From: Dehalococcoidia bacterium | GTDB taxonomy: Bacteria; Chloroflexota; Dehalococcoidia; Bin125 | NCBI GenBank assembly: GCA_963662615.2 | Contig: CAXXSR010000002.1 | Span: forward strand, 352,001-416,000 | Reading direction: 5' to 3' | DNA length: 64,000 bases | Shown: in pieces, positions 1 to 11,933 of the stretch | How positions within the stretch are numbered: position 1 is the first letter of the stretch | Layout: each line of letters starts with the position of its first letter | Notes under the pieces: generated by a model | What the model was told of the DNA's origin: nothing | Databases searched by the model: none | What the model saw: only the letters and a program-made list of their open reading frames with translations | Program-made: the position numbers and the translations under genes

Positions 1-120
1 GTCCGTCACCGCACCGCCGTGGGCGGTCACCAACCCGCGTAGCGCCTCCATCCGCGCTGGAACCTGGTCAGGCTCAACGTCCGGACGGAGGACCACCATG
101 AGTTCGTATTCGCGTGCCAC
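1..120 (-). CDS. rpsF: 30S ribosomal protein S6, 5' part (runs off window edge)
   Basis: Manual translation from GTG at 120: MAREYELMVVLRPDVEPDQVPARMEALRGLVTAHGGAVTD, the typical S6 N-terminus (YELMVILRP); purine-rich RBS (AAGGGGGAG) immediately upstream. Not in the ORF track. Confidence 0.9.
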   Translation of the reverse strand, partial: MAREYELMVVLRPDVEPDQVPARMEALRGLVTAHGGAVTD

Positions 121-228
121 GCTCCCCCTTCGGCGATCGGAACTTCGCGCCCTACGCTCCCTGAGCGCAGGCGTGGACCAGTATAGCCCAGGTGTTCGCG
201 CCGGCGACCGGGTGGCAAGACCGGGCGG

Positions 229-1491
<1,263 letters not shown>

Positions 1492-1591
1492 GGCCACCTT
1501 TGCGCTGGGGCAGACGCCCGGCGAACGCCGGTCCAGCAGGCGAGCCTGCAGCGGCGGGTGCGGCCAGTCTATGAGCGGCGAAAAGGCCGGG

Positions 1592-2731
1592 TCAACGCGA
1601 GTCGGGAGGGCGGCGTTCGCCCCTTGCCTCCCAGCGGGACCAGGCGATGTCGATGGCCGCCAGCAGCCCCCCGCTCACGAGGGCGTGGCCGCCCAGCACG
1701 ATGGGCACGCGCGCTTCCGCGACGGCGTGGCTGAACGTCCGCAAGTGGGGCTGCGTGATGGTGTCCCAGCGCGCGAGATCGGCGCGGAAGCGATCAGCGC
1801 GGGACGCGTCCCAGCCGACGTGACGGAGGAACGGTCGCGTGTCCATGAAGACGGCGTCAGCCAGTTCGCACAGCGCGTCCACGAGCGCCCCCGGCCCAGC
1901 GGCGTCCGCATGAAATCCTAGGATGCTGCGCGCCTCTCGGCTCAAGGCCGTCCGCATGCCCCGCTCCTCGGAGATGACGCGGACGCGCGCCGCCGTCTCC
2001 TGCTCCAGCGCCTGCCAGACGCCGCTCCCGACACGCCCCACCACGAGCACTTGCGTCTCCCGCTCCGTCAAGCGGTCCAGCGCGTCCGCCAGACGGCGGT
2101 TGTCGAGCAGGGCCTGGTGAGGCGCTGCCTGGAGGACGGCGCGCAGGGCCGGACCGATGTGCAAGCTCGCCAGCTCGGTCCCCAGGGAGAGGATAAGCAG
2201 CTCCGCCGGCGTATCAATGTCGAGCAGCGTGGCGGCGCTACGCGGCAGAACGTCAACGGTAAGAGCGGCCGAGTCCCGCAAGAAGAGCGCCATGCCGTTA
2301 TCAGGGGTGCCGGGTGGCAACGCGGCCAGCGCCTCGACGGCGGTGGTGGCGAGCACGTCCGAGGAGTAGAGGTTGTTGGTCACTGTCGCCTCGCCGCTTC
2401 GCAAGCGGTCCAAGATGCCGGCCCAGTGGTCAGCGGTCATCGCGGGCATGCCGGCGCCCGCGTAGCAGATGGCGGCGGGCCGCCGACGGGCGACGATGGC
2501 GTGGAGCCGGCCGGCGAAGTCGCCGCCGGCCGGCGCCGCCTCAATCTGGACGCCGGGGAGGCGGCTGAAGCGATCTGGCGATGAGGTGACAAGAACGACG
2601 TCCCGGAAGCCCGCTTCTTGCGCGCGCGCGGCCGTGTCGCAGAGCGCGGCGGCGCGGGCGGCGTCGACCAAGCGCTCGACGTCGCTGTCGCCGTGGGGGT
2701 CAAAGAAGAGAAGAAACTGTGTCGCACCCAT
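1592..2731 (-). CDS. Conserved protein with GT-A/NTP-transferase-like (CofC/DUF2064-like) N-terminal domain
   Basis: 379-aa ORF; LDIDTPAEL resembles the terminal D-x-D-T-P-x-D/E-L motif of CofC/DUF2064-like proteins; additional C-terminal domain not recognised. Confidence 0.5.
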   Translation of the reverse strand: MGATQFLLFFDPHGDSDVERLVDAARAAALCDTAARAQEAGFRDVVLVTSSPDRFSRLPGVQIEAAPAGGDFAGRLHAIVARRRPAAICYAGAGMPAMTADHWAGILDRLRSGEATVTNNLYSSDVLATTAVEALAALPPGTPDNGMALFLRDSAALTVDVLPRSAATLLDIDTPAELLILSLGTELASLHIGPALRAVLQAAPHQALLDNRRLADALDRLTERETQVLVVGRVGSGVWQALEQETAARVRVISEERGMRTALSREARSILGFHADAAGPGALVDALCELADAVFMDTRPFLRHVGWDASRADRFRADLARWDTITQPHLRTFSHAVAEARVPIVLGGHALVSGGLLAAIDIAWSRWEARGERRPPDSR

Positions 2732-2783
2732 GAGGCGTCAGGGTACTGGAGCATCGAGGTAGGGTGGCGACGCCTGACCGGCG

Positions 2784-3509
2784 CTAGTCCTCGCGGGCCA
2801 GCGCCCAAGCGTCCACGGAGGCGGCGCCCGCTTCCAGCAGGGCGTCAGCGCACGCATCCAAGGTGGCGCCGGAAGTTGTCACATCGTCCACCACCAGAAT
2901 GCGCCGCCCGCGCGCGCGGCGGCCGTCGGCCGCGAAGGCGGCGCGCACGTTGGCCCAGCGCGCCGGCAGGTCCGGTTGCTTGGCCTGCTGTGAGGTGGAG
3001 CGGACGCGGCGCAGCGCGCGCGCATGGAAGGGGAGGCGGAGCCGATTGGCCAGCGCCCGCCCGATCACCTCTGCCTGGTTGTGGCCGCGCCGCCGTCGCC
3101 GCCAGCCGCCCATCGGCACCGGCACCACCGCGTCGATCCCCGCCGGCAGCGCCGACAGGTCCGCCAGCAGTACGAGCGGGGCAGCGATGGCGGTGTGGCC
3201 GTCGTACTTGATGGCGTGAACGGCCTGCCGCAGGGGCCCGGCGAAAACGAAGGCGGCGCGCAACGTGTCGTAGGTGGGTGGCGCGCTCTGACAACGGCCG
3301 CAGGAGGCAGCGGCGGCGGGCGCCCAGCAGCGCGGACACCGTTGCCCTCCCGCCGGCTGGAACGCGGCGACGCACGAATCGCAGAGGAGCGCACCGGCGC
3401 GGCCGCAGGCGGCGCACCGGGGTGGGAAGAGAAAATCCAGCGCGGCGGCGCGGAGCCGGCCGGCCAGCGTCACGTCCGAAGGGCGGTCCGACAGTTGAGA
3501 TGAAGACAC
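2784..3509 (-). CDS. ComF family protein (double zinc ribbon plus PRTase domain)
   Basis: LDFLFPPRCAAC...CDSC...CPRC...CGRC, RGHNQA, VVDDVTTSGATL PRPP loop. Start uncertain (3509 or 3473). Confidence 0.93.
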   Translation of the reverse strand: MSSSQLSDRPSDVTLAGRLRAAALDFLFPPRCAACGRAGALLCDSCVAAFQPAGGQRCPRCWAPAAAASCGRCQSAPPTYDTLRAAFVFAGPLRQAVHAIKYDGHTAIAAPLVLLADLSALPAGIDAVVPVPMGGWRRRRRGHNQAEVIGRALANRLRLPFHARALRRVRSTSQQAKQPDLPARWANVRAAFAADGRRARGRRILVVDDVTTSGATLDACADALLEAGAASVDAWALARED

Positions 3510-3550
3510 GTCGTCTCGCCTCGCGGCACGAGCGCCTGCACCCCACGGTC

Positions 3551-3595
3551 GCCCGTGGGGCAGTGGCCCGTGGGGCAGTGGCCCGTGGGGCAGTG
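3551..3595. repeat. Perfect 15-bp tandem repeat x3 (GCCCGTGGGGCAGTG)
   Basis: Copies at 3551-3565, 3566-3580 and 3581-3595; preceded by CCCCACGG (3541-3548), the reverse complement of the CCGTGGGG core. Confidence 0.95.
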
Positions 3596-3616
3596 GCAGC
3601 AGGATACACTGACGCT

Positions 3617-4342
3617 ATGAACGTCTGGGTCCAGCTCTATGCGAGCCTGGCGGAGGCGGCGGGAACCCGTCGGGTGAGCCTGAGCGATCTGCCCGAGCCG
3701 GCTACCGCGGGTGATCTCGGCGAGGCCATTTTCCGACTGTACCCGCAACTCCGCGCGTTGCGAGAGTCGATCATCTACGCGGTCAATGCGGAGTATGTGG
3801 AATCCGACTATCCCGTGGGGGCCGGCGACGAAGTGGCGCTGATCCCTCCCGTCAGCGGCGGCGAAGGCGACCCGCATTTCCGCATCAGCGCGGATCCGCT
3901 CAACGTTCAGGCCCTGCACGATCTCGTGCTGCGTCCCCAGGCGGGCGCCGTCTCCCTCTTCGTGGGCGTCGTGCGCAACAACAACCTGGGGCGCGACGTG
4001 GACCACCTGGAGTACGACGCCTATCCGGCGATGGCGGGCAAGGTGATGCAACAGATCGCGGAGGAAGTGCGGAGGCGCTGGGACGTCACCGAGGTGGCCA
4101 TGCATCACCGCACCGGCCGACTGGAGATCGGTGAGGCGAGCGTGGCCATCGCCGTCTCGTCGCCGCATCGCGCGCAAGCGATCGACGCCTGCCACTACGC
4201 CATCGACCGGCTCAAGCAGATCGTCCCGATCTGGAAGAAGGAAGTCTGGTCGGACGGCGAGCACTGGATCGAAGGCAGGGTGACGCCGGCGACGGAGGCG
4301 AAGCCGGCGCCCGAGTCGGCCGCGGTGCAGGACGGTGACTAG
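3617..4342 (+). CDS. moaE: Fused molybdopterin synthase MoaD-MoaE (MoaX-like)
   Basis: N-terminal beta-grasp domain ending GDEVALIPPVSGG, then MoaE motifs (FVGVVR, LEYDAY, HRTGRL, SSPHR, LKQIVPIWKKE). ATG 3617 lies 6 nt after a TACACT -10 box. Confidence 0.95.
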   Translation: MNVWVQLYASLAEAAGTRRVSLSDLPEPATAGDLGEAIFRLYPQLRALRESIIYAVNAEYVESDYPVGAGDEVALIPPVSGGEGDPHFRISADPLNVQALHDLVLRPQAGAVSLFVGVVRNNNLGRDVDHLEYDAYPAMAGKVMQQIAEEVRRRWDVTEVAMHHRTGRLEIGEASVAIAVSSPHRAQAIDACHYAIDRLKQIVPIWKKEVWSDGEHWIEGRVTPATEAKPAPESAAVQDGD

Positions 4343-4430
4343 CCCGATCGAGGTCGGCGGGGCTTGACGGCATCCACAGCGACCGGCGGGGAAGACGTGC
4401 AGGCGATCGTGCGTGCGGCCCGCGCCCGTC

Positions 4431-5855
4431 TCACCAGCGCGGCTTGTCCCAAGCGCTGGGGCGACGGCGATTGGCGGGGCGATCCTGGCCGGCGCGCCCC
4501 TGGCCGGAGCGCGAAGATAATCCCGTGCGGTGATCGGGCGCGATGAATCGATACACCTGATGATGCAGCATCCGCGACGTCAGCCGCGGATCCAGGTCTT
4601 CAGGATTTTCGTTGGTCGTGATGACTGTGGGTAGGCTCTGGAGGTAGCGATGCGAGAAGAGCTGGTAGAGCTTCTCTCGCGCCCAGGGAGTGGTGGCGTG
4701 GGCTCCCAGGTCATCCAGGATGAGCAGCTCCGCCTCCCGCACGGTTGCGAAGACCTCGTCATAGGTCTGGTCGTTGTCAGGGCTGTAGGCGCGCCGAAGA
4801 TGGTCCAGGAGATCGGGCACCACGACGAAGAAGACGCTGTCGCCCCCGCCCAGACGTTCGATCGCGACGGCGGCGGCGAGGTGCGACTTGCCGGTCCCGG
4901 TTGGTCCAACGAACGTCATCCAGCCTTGAGGCGCCCGTGACCAATCCCGCGCCACGTTCCGCAGCAGCTCCAGGTTGCCCGCCTCTTCTTGCGTGAGGTG
5001 GTTGCCCTCCACGCGAAACCGTTCGAAGCTGTACCGCTCCAGCCGCTCCACGGTCATCCCGCCGATCTGCTGGTAGCGCTCAGTCTCATCAGGTGCGGCC
5101 GCAGAGGGCAGCAGGCAGACCTGGCGGGCGTCCGCCAGGCGAGCGAGAAAGCCGCCGCTGGTGCCCGGGAGGGCGGCGGGCGCCTTGCCCGAGAGCACGG
5201 CCGTGGGCAGCCCGCCGTTCTCACGGTGGTTGAGAAGCTGGAAGAGCTTCTCGTCGGCCCAGGGCGTGAGGTTGCTTGCATGCACGTCGTCAAGGATCAG
5301 GAAGGGCGCGCTGCGGACCTGCTCGAAAAGCTGGGGGTAGGGCACGACGGCGTCAGCTTGATAGGCGGCGCGCAGACGATCGAGCAGATCCGGCACGACC
5401 ACGTAGAGGGCCGCTGCGCCCCGCTGGATGCGGTCGTTGGCCATGGCCGCGCCGAGCGACGTCTTGCCGCTGCCGCTCTCGCCCCAGAGCAGGAGCCAGC
5501 GCGTCCGTGGTTGCTCGCCGCGCGCGAAGCCCATGGCGGCGGCGAAGGCGCGGCGAAACGCAGGCGAGTCTTCCCCCTCCAGGGTCTCGAAGCGGATCCG
5601 GGTCAGCGGCCCCAGATTGCTGTAACGCTGCAGCCGCTCCTGGCGTTTCTCCTCCGACTCCCGCGTGGCACAGTCGCAGGGAACCGCCCGACCGAATTCG
5701 GGATGGCCGGGATCCCGCCGCAGCCGGACGAAGCCCGCGTCGTTGCAGAGAGCACAAGCGGGATGAGCCGGCGGAAGCGCCGCCGCTTCAGTGGCGGATG
5801 AGATGTTCGAAGCGAGAATCCCGCCGCCAGCGAGAATGTCGCTCAATCGCCTCAT
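4431..5855 (-). CDS. DnaC/DnaI/IstB-like helicase-loader ATPase with two tandem AAA+ domains
   Basis: N-terminal CxxC...CxC; domain 1 Walker A GESGSGKT and Walker B FLILDD; domain 2 GPTGTGKS, LLILDDLG, ITTN, RLTSR, APDHR; overlaps the dnaD-like gene downstream of dnaB. Confidence 0.88.
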   Translation of the reverse strand: MRRLSDILAGGGILASNISSATEAAALPPAHPACALCNDAGFVRLRRDPGHPEFGRAVPCDCATRESEEKRQERLQRYSNLGPLTRIRFETLEGEDSPAFRRAFAAAMGFARGEQPRTRWLLLWGESGSGKTSLGAAMANDRIQRGAAALYVVVPDLLDRLRAAYQADAVVPYPQLFEQVRSAPFLILDDVHASNLTPWADEKLFQLLNHRENGGLPTAVLSGKAPAALPGTSGGFLARLADARQVCLLPSAAAPDETERYQQIGGMTVERLERYSFERFRVEGNHLTQEEAGNLELLRNVARDWSRAPQGWMTFVGPTGTGKSHLAAAVAIERLGGGDSVFFVVVPDLLDHLRRAYSPDNDQTYDEVFATVREAELLILDDLGAHATTPWAREKLYQLFSHRYLQSLPTVITTNENPEDLDPRLTSRMLHHQVYRFIAPDHRTGLSSRSGQGRAGQDRPANRRRPSAWDKPRW

Positions 5856-6540
5856 CGTCGCGCCCTTCGTTGTGCCATCGTTCCAGGATCCGTTTCACGT
5901 AGCGCCAACTGCGCTTGTTCAGTTCCGCCGCCTCGCGGAATGCGTCCTCGATCCACGCCAGGGGATAGAGCCCTTCCGCTTCCGTCAGCTCCTCAGCGAT
6001 CTGGGGCGTGACAGGCCCCACGGTGCTCTCGTAGAGCGCGTACACGTTGGGGGCGCCGCGCGGCTGCGGGCTGCCCGCCGTCGCAGCGCGGGCCGGGGCC
6101 GGCAAGCCCGATGCCGCGCCCAGCCGCAATCGCTCCACCGCCCGTCGGTCGGCGGGCGTATTGAGCGTCACGAAGTCGCGGCCGCGGCCGCCGTCACGGA
6201 CCTCCACTCGCAGCAGGGCGCCGCGCTCCACGCTCGCCGCCAGCCCGCGCGAGAACGTCGCGTCCACCTCCTCGGTGGGCAGCAAGCGAGCGAGCGTCTC
6301 GATGAGCGGCCGCTCCGATCGCAGGGCGTCCACCTCCAGCAAGCGGGGAAAGCGACGCAGCCGCTGCACCGCCGCCGCCGCGTACATGGTGACGACAAGC
6401 TCGGCGACGTCGTCCATCGCCGGGATGAGCGTGGTGAAGATGGCGGCCGGGAGTGGCACCGCTTGGGCGCCGGCGGGAAAGCCCGCAAAGGGCGACGACT
6501 GGAGCCGACCGCGTTGGGCGGGCCGATCAGCGGTTGGCAT
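5788..6540 (-). CDS. DnaD-domain protein
   Basis: C-terminal DnaD/DnaB_2 signature LYE..G.VTP..AE.L...AF.EA...NKRSWRYVKRILERW; overlaps both dnaB and the loader gene. Confidence 0.85.
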   Translation of the reverse strand: MPTADRPAQRGRLQSSPFAGFPAGAQAVPLPAAIFTTLIPAMDDVAELVVTMYAAAAVQRLRRFPRLLEVDALRSERPLIETLARLLPTEEVDATFSRGLAASVERGALLRVEVRDGGRGRDFVTLNTPADRRAVERLRLGAASGLPAPARAATAGSPQPRGAPNVYALYESTVGPVTPQIAEELTEAEGLYPLAWIEDAFREAAELNKRSWRYVKRILERWHNEGRDDEAIERHSRWRRDSRFEHLIRH

Positions 6541-7957
6541 AGGCGTTGAGATCCCACTCCGCCTCGGCCACCGGGGCGGGCGCTTCCGCGTCGTCGCGCG
6601 GGAGCAAGTCCTCGAACTTGGCGATGTTCTTGCGGAAGCGGAGATGGACGGCGCCGGTGGGGCCGTTGCGATGCTTGGCCACAATGAGCTGGGCCACGCC
6701 CGACGGATACGACTGCGGAGTATCGGGGTGAAGCGTGTCCCAATCTTCCCGCTGCACGTACATGTCCTCCCGGTAGATGAAGAGGACTACGTCCGCGTCC
6801 TGCTCAATGGAGCCGCTCTCTCGCAGGTCGCTCAACAGGGGGACGTGGGGCTGCCGCGATTCCACGGCGCGCGAGAGTTGTGAGAGCGCCAGCACCGGCA
6901 CCTGCAGCTCGCGCGCCAGCTCCTTCAGCGAGCGGGAGATGTGGCTCATCTCCGCCACCCGATTGCCGTCGCTGCTAGTGTCGGCGCCGGCGTGGACGAG
7001 CTGCATGTGATCCACCACGATGAGGTCCAGGCCAACCTCGTGCGCCAGCCGGCGCGCCTTGGCCCGCAACTCCGCGATGGTGGCGCCGGGCGTGTCGTCG
7101 ATGTAGATCTCGGCCCGCGAGAGGTTGCCGATCGCGCGGCTGATCTGACCCTCCTCGGCTTCCGTGTGGTGGCCCCAGGGCAGCCGCTGCGAGGGAACCT
7201 CCGCGTCCGCGGCGATGAGCCGTCCGGCCACCTGGTCGGCGGCCATTTCCAGGCTGAAGAAGGCCACCTTGCCGCTCTGACCGAGGGCGAGGTTGCGGGC
7301 GATCGACAGCGCCAGCGCCGATTTACCGACGGCCGGGCGCGCCGCCAGGACCGCCATGTCGGAGCGCTTGAGGCCGGTCAGCAGCGCATCGAGGTCGGCG
7401 AAGCCGGTGCGGGCGACGTCCGTGAGGCGGCGGCTCTCTTCCTCGGAGGGCGGGCCCAGGAATCCCTCCAGGAGGTCGCGGAGGGGGACGAAGTCGCGCA
7501 GGCGCTCGCCGCCGCGCAGCGCCAGAAGGAGGGCTTCGGAGCGACCGAGTGCCTCCTGCAGATGCGGCCCGCCCTCGTAGCCGATGCGGGCCATGGCGCC
7601 GGCCGCTTCAATCAGGCGACGGTAGATCGCGTCGCGCTGGACGATCTTGGCGGAATACTCCACCCCCACTGATGTGGGCAGCTCCGCCAGGATCTGGCTC
7701 AGGTAGGCGTGTCCGCCAACGTTCTCCAGCCGAGACTGGCGGACCAGCTCATGGGCCAGCGTGACCTGGTTGATCGCCTCGTTGCGCTCCCACAGCGCCA
7801 GGGCAGACCCGTACATCCAGGCGTGCCGCTCTTGGAAGAAGTCCGCGGGCTGAAGGAAGGCAGCAACGCGCGAGATCGCCTCCGGATCGACCAGGATGGA
7901 GGCGAGGATCGTGGCTTCGGCTTCCGGATTGCTGGGGGGCGCCTGATCCAGAACCAC
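6527..7957 (-). CDS. dnaB: Replicative DNA helicase
   Basis: PPSNPEAE N-terminus, AARPAVGKS Walker A, FSLEM, LSQLSR, SDLRESGSIEQDAD, AKHRNGPTG. GTG 7957 has a GGAGG RBS (alternative start 7996). Confidence 0.97.
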   Translation of the reverse strand: MVLDQAPPSNPEAEATILASILVDPEAISRVAAFLQPADFFQERHAWMYGSALALWERNEAINQVTLAHELVRQSRLENVGGHAYLSQILAELPTSVGVEYSAKIVQRDAIYRRLIEAAGAMARIGYEGGPHLQEALGRSEALLLALRGGERLRDFVPLRDLLEGFLGPPSEEESRRLTDVARTGFADLDALLTGLKRSDMAVLAARPAVGKSALALSIARNLALGQSGKVAFFSLEMAADQVAGRLIAADAEVPSQRLPWGHHTEAEEGQISRAIGNLSRAEIYIDDTPGATIAELRAKARRLAHEVGLDLIVVDHMQLVHAGADTSSDGNRVAEMSHISRSLKELARELQVPVLALSQLSRAVESRQPHVPLLSDLRESGSIEQDADVVLFIYREDMYVQREDWDTLHPDTPQSYPSGVAQLIVAKHRNGPTGAVHLRFRKNIAKFEDLLPRDDAEAPAPVAEAEWDLNAYANR

Positions 7958-8002
7958 CGCTTCCTCCCCCGAGGAGTGCGGCGGTCTCGCGCGCACTCCC
8001 CG

Positions 8003-8572
8003 CTACGTGTCCGTCTCAGCGTCCCCGTCGGGAGAGGGGGCGTCGGGTGCGTCCCCTCCCTCCTCCGTTTCGGCGGCCTCAGCCGCGGCGACGGCTTCCT
8101 CGATCGTGGGCTCAGCGGCCTCGCCCTCTTCGGCCTGCACCTCCACCGTCACATGGGCGGAGACATTACGGGTGAGACGTACTTGCACGGCGTGCGTGCC
8201 GATGGTCCGAATCGACTGGCCCAACAGCACCTGCCGGTGTTCCACCGCAGCGCCCGCCAGCTCCGAGAGCTGCCCGGCGATGTCAGCGGCCGTGACGGAG
8301 CCGAAGAGCCGCCCCTGCTGCCCCACGCGCGCCCGCAGCGTGACGGTGGCGCCGTCAATCCGCTCAGCGATGGACTGCGCGCCGGCGTCGAGGTGGTCCT
8401 GCTTGATCGTATCGGCCTTCGCCAGTCGCTCGGCACGCCGGAGATTTTCCTTCGTGGCTGGGAGTGCCAGCTCGCGCGGCAGGAGGTAATTGCGGGCGTA
8501 GCCGTTGCGGACCTCCTTGACCTCACCAACGCTGGCAGACCCTTCAACCTCTTGGACGAAAACGACTTTCAT
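8003..8572 (-). CDS. rplI: 50S ribosomal protein L9 with acidic C-terminal extension
   Basis: MKVVF...GEVKEVRNGYARNYLLP, GRLFGSVT. Confidence 0.97.
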   Translation of the reverse strand: MKVVFVQEVEGSASVGEVKEVRNGYARNYLLPRELALPATKENLRRAERLAKADTIKQDHLDAGAQSIAERIDGATVTLRARVGQQGRLFGSVTAADIAGQLSELAGAAVEHRQVLLGQSIRTIGTHAVQVRLTRNVSAHVTVEVQAEEGEAAEPTIEEAVAAAEAAETEEGGDAPDAPSPDGDAETDT

Positions 8573-8876
8573 CGCGACCCTCCGTCGGCGGATGCTGTCG
8601 CACCCTTGTTATGCCGCATCCGCCCCGTTGCGCCAAGCAGGGGACGGTGGACTACTGCGTTTATGCTGGCGGCCGTCCCCACAGTTCACAGCCAACCAAC
8701 ACGATAACGGCCGGCGTCACGCGATGAGGTCGCTTCTGTCACGGGCCGCCGCCCCGAATGCCGCGCGAAGGGCCGCCCACTCCCCCGTCCGCCACCGACT
8801 CGGCCGGACCATAACACATATGTTCTGTATAGACGATTGTGTTATCTGCGCGGGCGGCCGGCCTGGGAGAAGGTGG

Positions 8877-11111
<2,235 letters not shown>

Positions 11112-11113
11112 CG

Positions 11114-11803
11114 TCAGCCCCATCGGTCAATCATGGAGCGCCAGATCAGCAGGCCGTCCTCCCCGCCCAGCAGCGCTTCGCTGGCGCGCTCGGGGTGCGG
11201 CATCATGCCCATGACCGTGCCGGCGGCGTTCATAACGCCGGCAATGTTGTTGCGGGAGCCGTTGGGGTTGCTCTCGGGAGTGACCCGACCGGCCGCATCG
11301 CAGTAGCGGAAGAGGACGCGTCCCTCTTTTTCCAGCAGGGCCAGCGTCTCGTCGTCGGCGGAGTAGTTGCCCTGGCCGTGGGAGATCGGCAGCAGCAGCG
11401 CCTGCTGCTCCCGGCAGGCGCTCGTGAAACCCGTGTCCTGGCGCTCGACGCGGACGTGCTGCGGCTGGCAGCGGAACTGCAAGCTGTCGTTCCGCAGCAG
11501 GGCGCCCGGCAGCAGACCGGCCTCGCAGAGGATCTGGAGGCCGTTGCAGGAGCCAATGACGGGGCGACCCGCTTGCGCGTGCCGCCGCACGGCGGCCATC
11601 ACGGGCGCGAAGCGGGCGATTGCGCCGCAGCGCAGGTAGTCGCCGTAGGAGAAGCCGCCGGGCACGACCACGGCGTCGTAGCCGTCCAAGTCGGTCTGGC
11701 GGTGCCAGACGAGATCGGCTTGGTGGCCCAGACGATCGCGCAGAACGTACTGGCAGTCGCGGTCGCTCCAGGTACCGGGGAAGACGAGAACGGCGAAGCG
11801 CAC
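11114..11803 (-). CDS. purQ: Phosphoribosylformylglycinamidine synthase subunit PurQ
   Basis: FPGT, PGGFSYGDYLR, GSCNGLQ (catalytic Cys), NPNGS, MMPHPER. Confidence 0.97.
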   Translation of the reverse strand: MRFAVLVFPGTWSDRDCQYVLRDRLGHQADLVWHRQTDLDGYDAVVVPGGFSYGDYLRCGAIARFAPVMAAVRRHAQAGRPVIGSCNGLQILCEAGLLPGALLRNDSLQFRCQPQHVRVERQDTGFTSACREQQALLLPISHGQGNYSADDETLALLEKEGRVLFRYCDAAGRVTPESNPNGSRNNIAGVMNAAGTVMGMMPHPERASEALLGGEDGLLIWRSMIDRWG

Positions 11804-11933
11804 CGATGCTCCTCAGGCGCATGCTAGCAGCGGCGCTCCGCAAGCACTGCGTCCGCCACGGCGGAAGGGAGGGAACGAGAACGAGGCCGTTCCGCGCTGG
11901 GCCGCGCCTCCGCTCCAGGTCCGACGCCGACGG

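Noticed and set aside
1498-1591. Possible ZMP/ZTP riboswitch upstream of glyA
   Set aside because: GACTGGCC and TTCGCCGGGC only loosely resemble the GACUGGCG / CGCCUGGGC elements; TAGACT is better read as a -10 box.
3551-3595. Possible CRISPR array
   Set aside because: 15-bp units with no spacers and no cas genes.
4431-5855. IS21 element (IstB)
   Set aside because: No IstA transposase or terminal inverted repeats; the gene overlaps a dnaD-like gene in the dnaB operon.
8717-8812. 31-aa minus-strand ORF upstream of rplI
   Set aside because: No RBS or recognisable motif; its ATG lies inside the putative -10 element.
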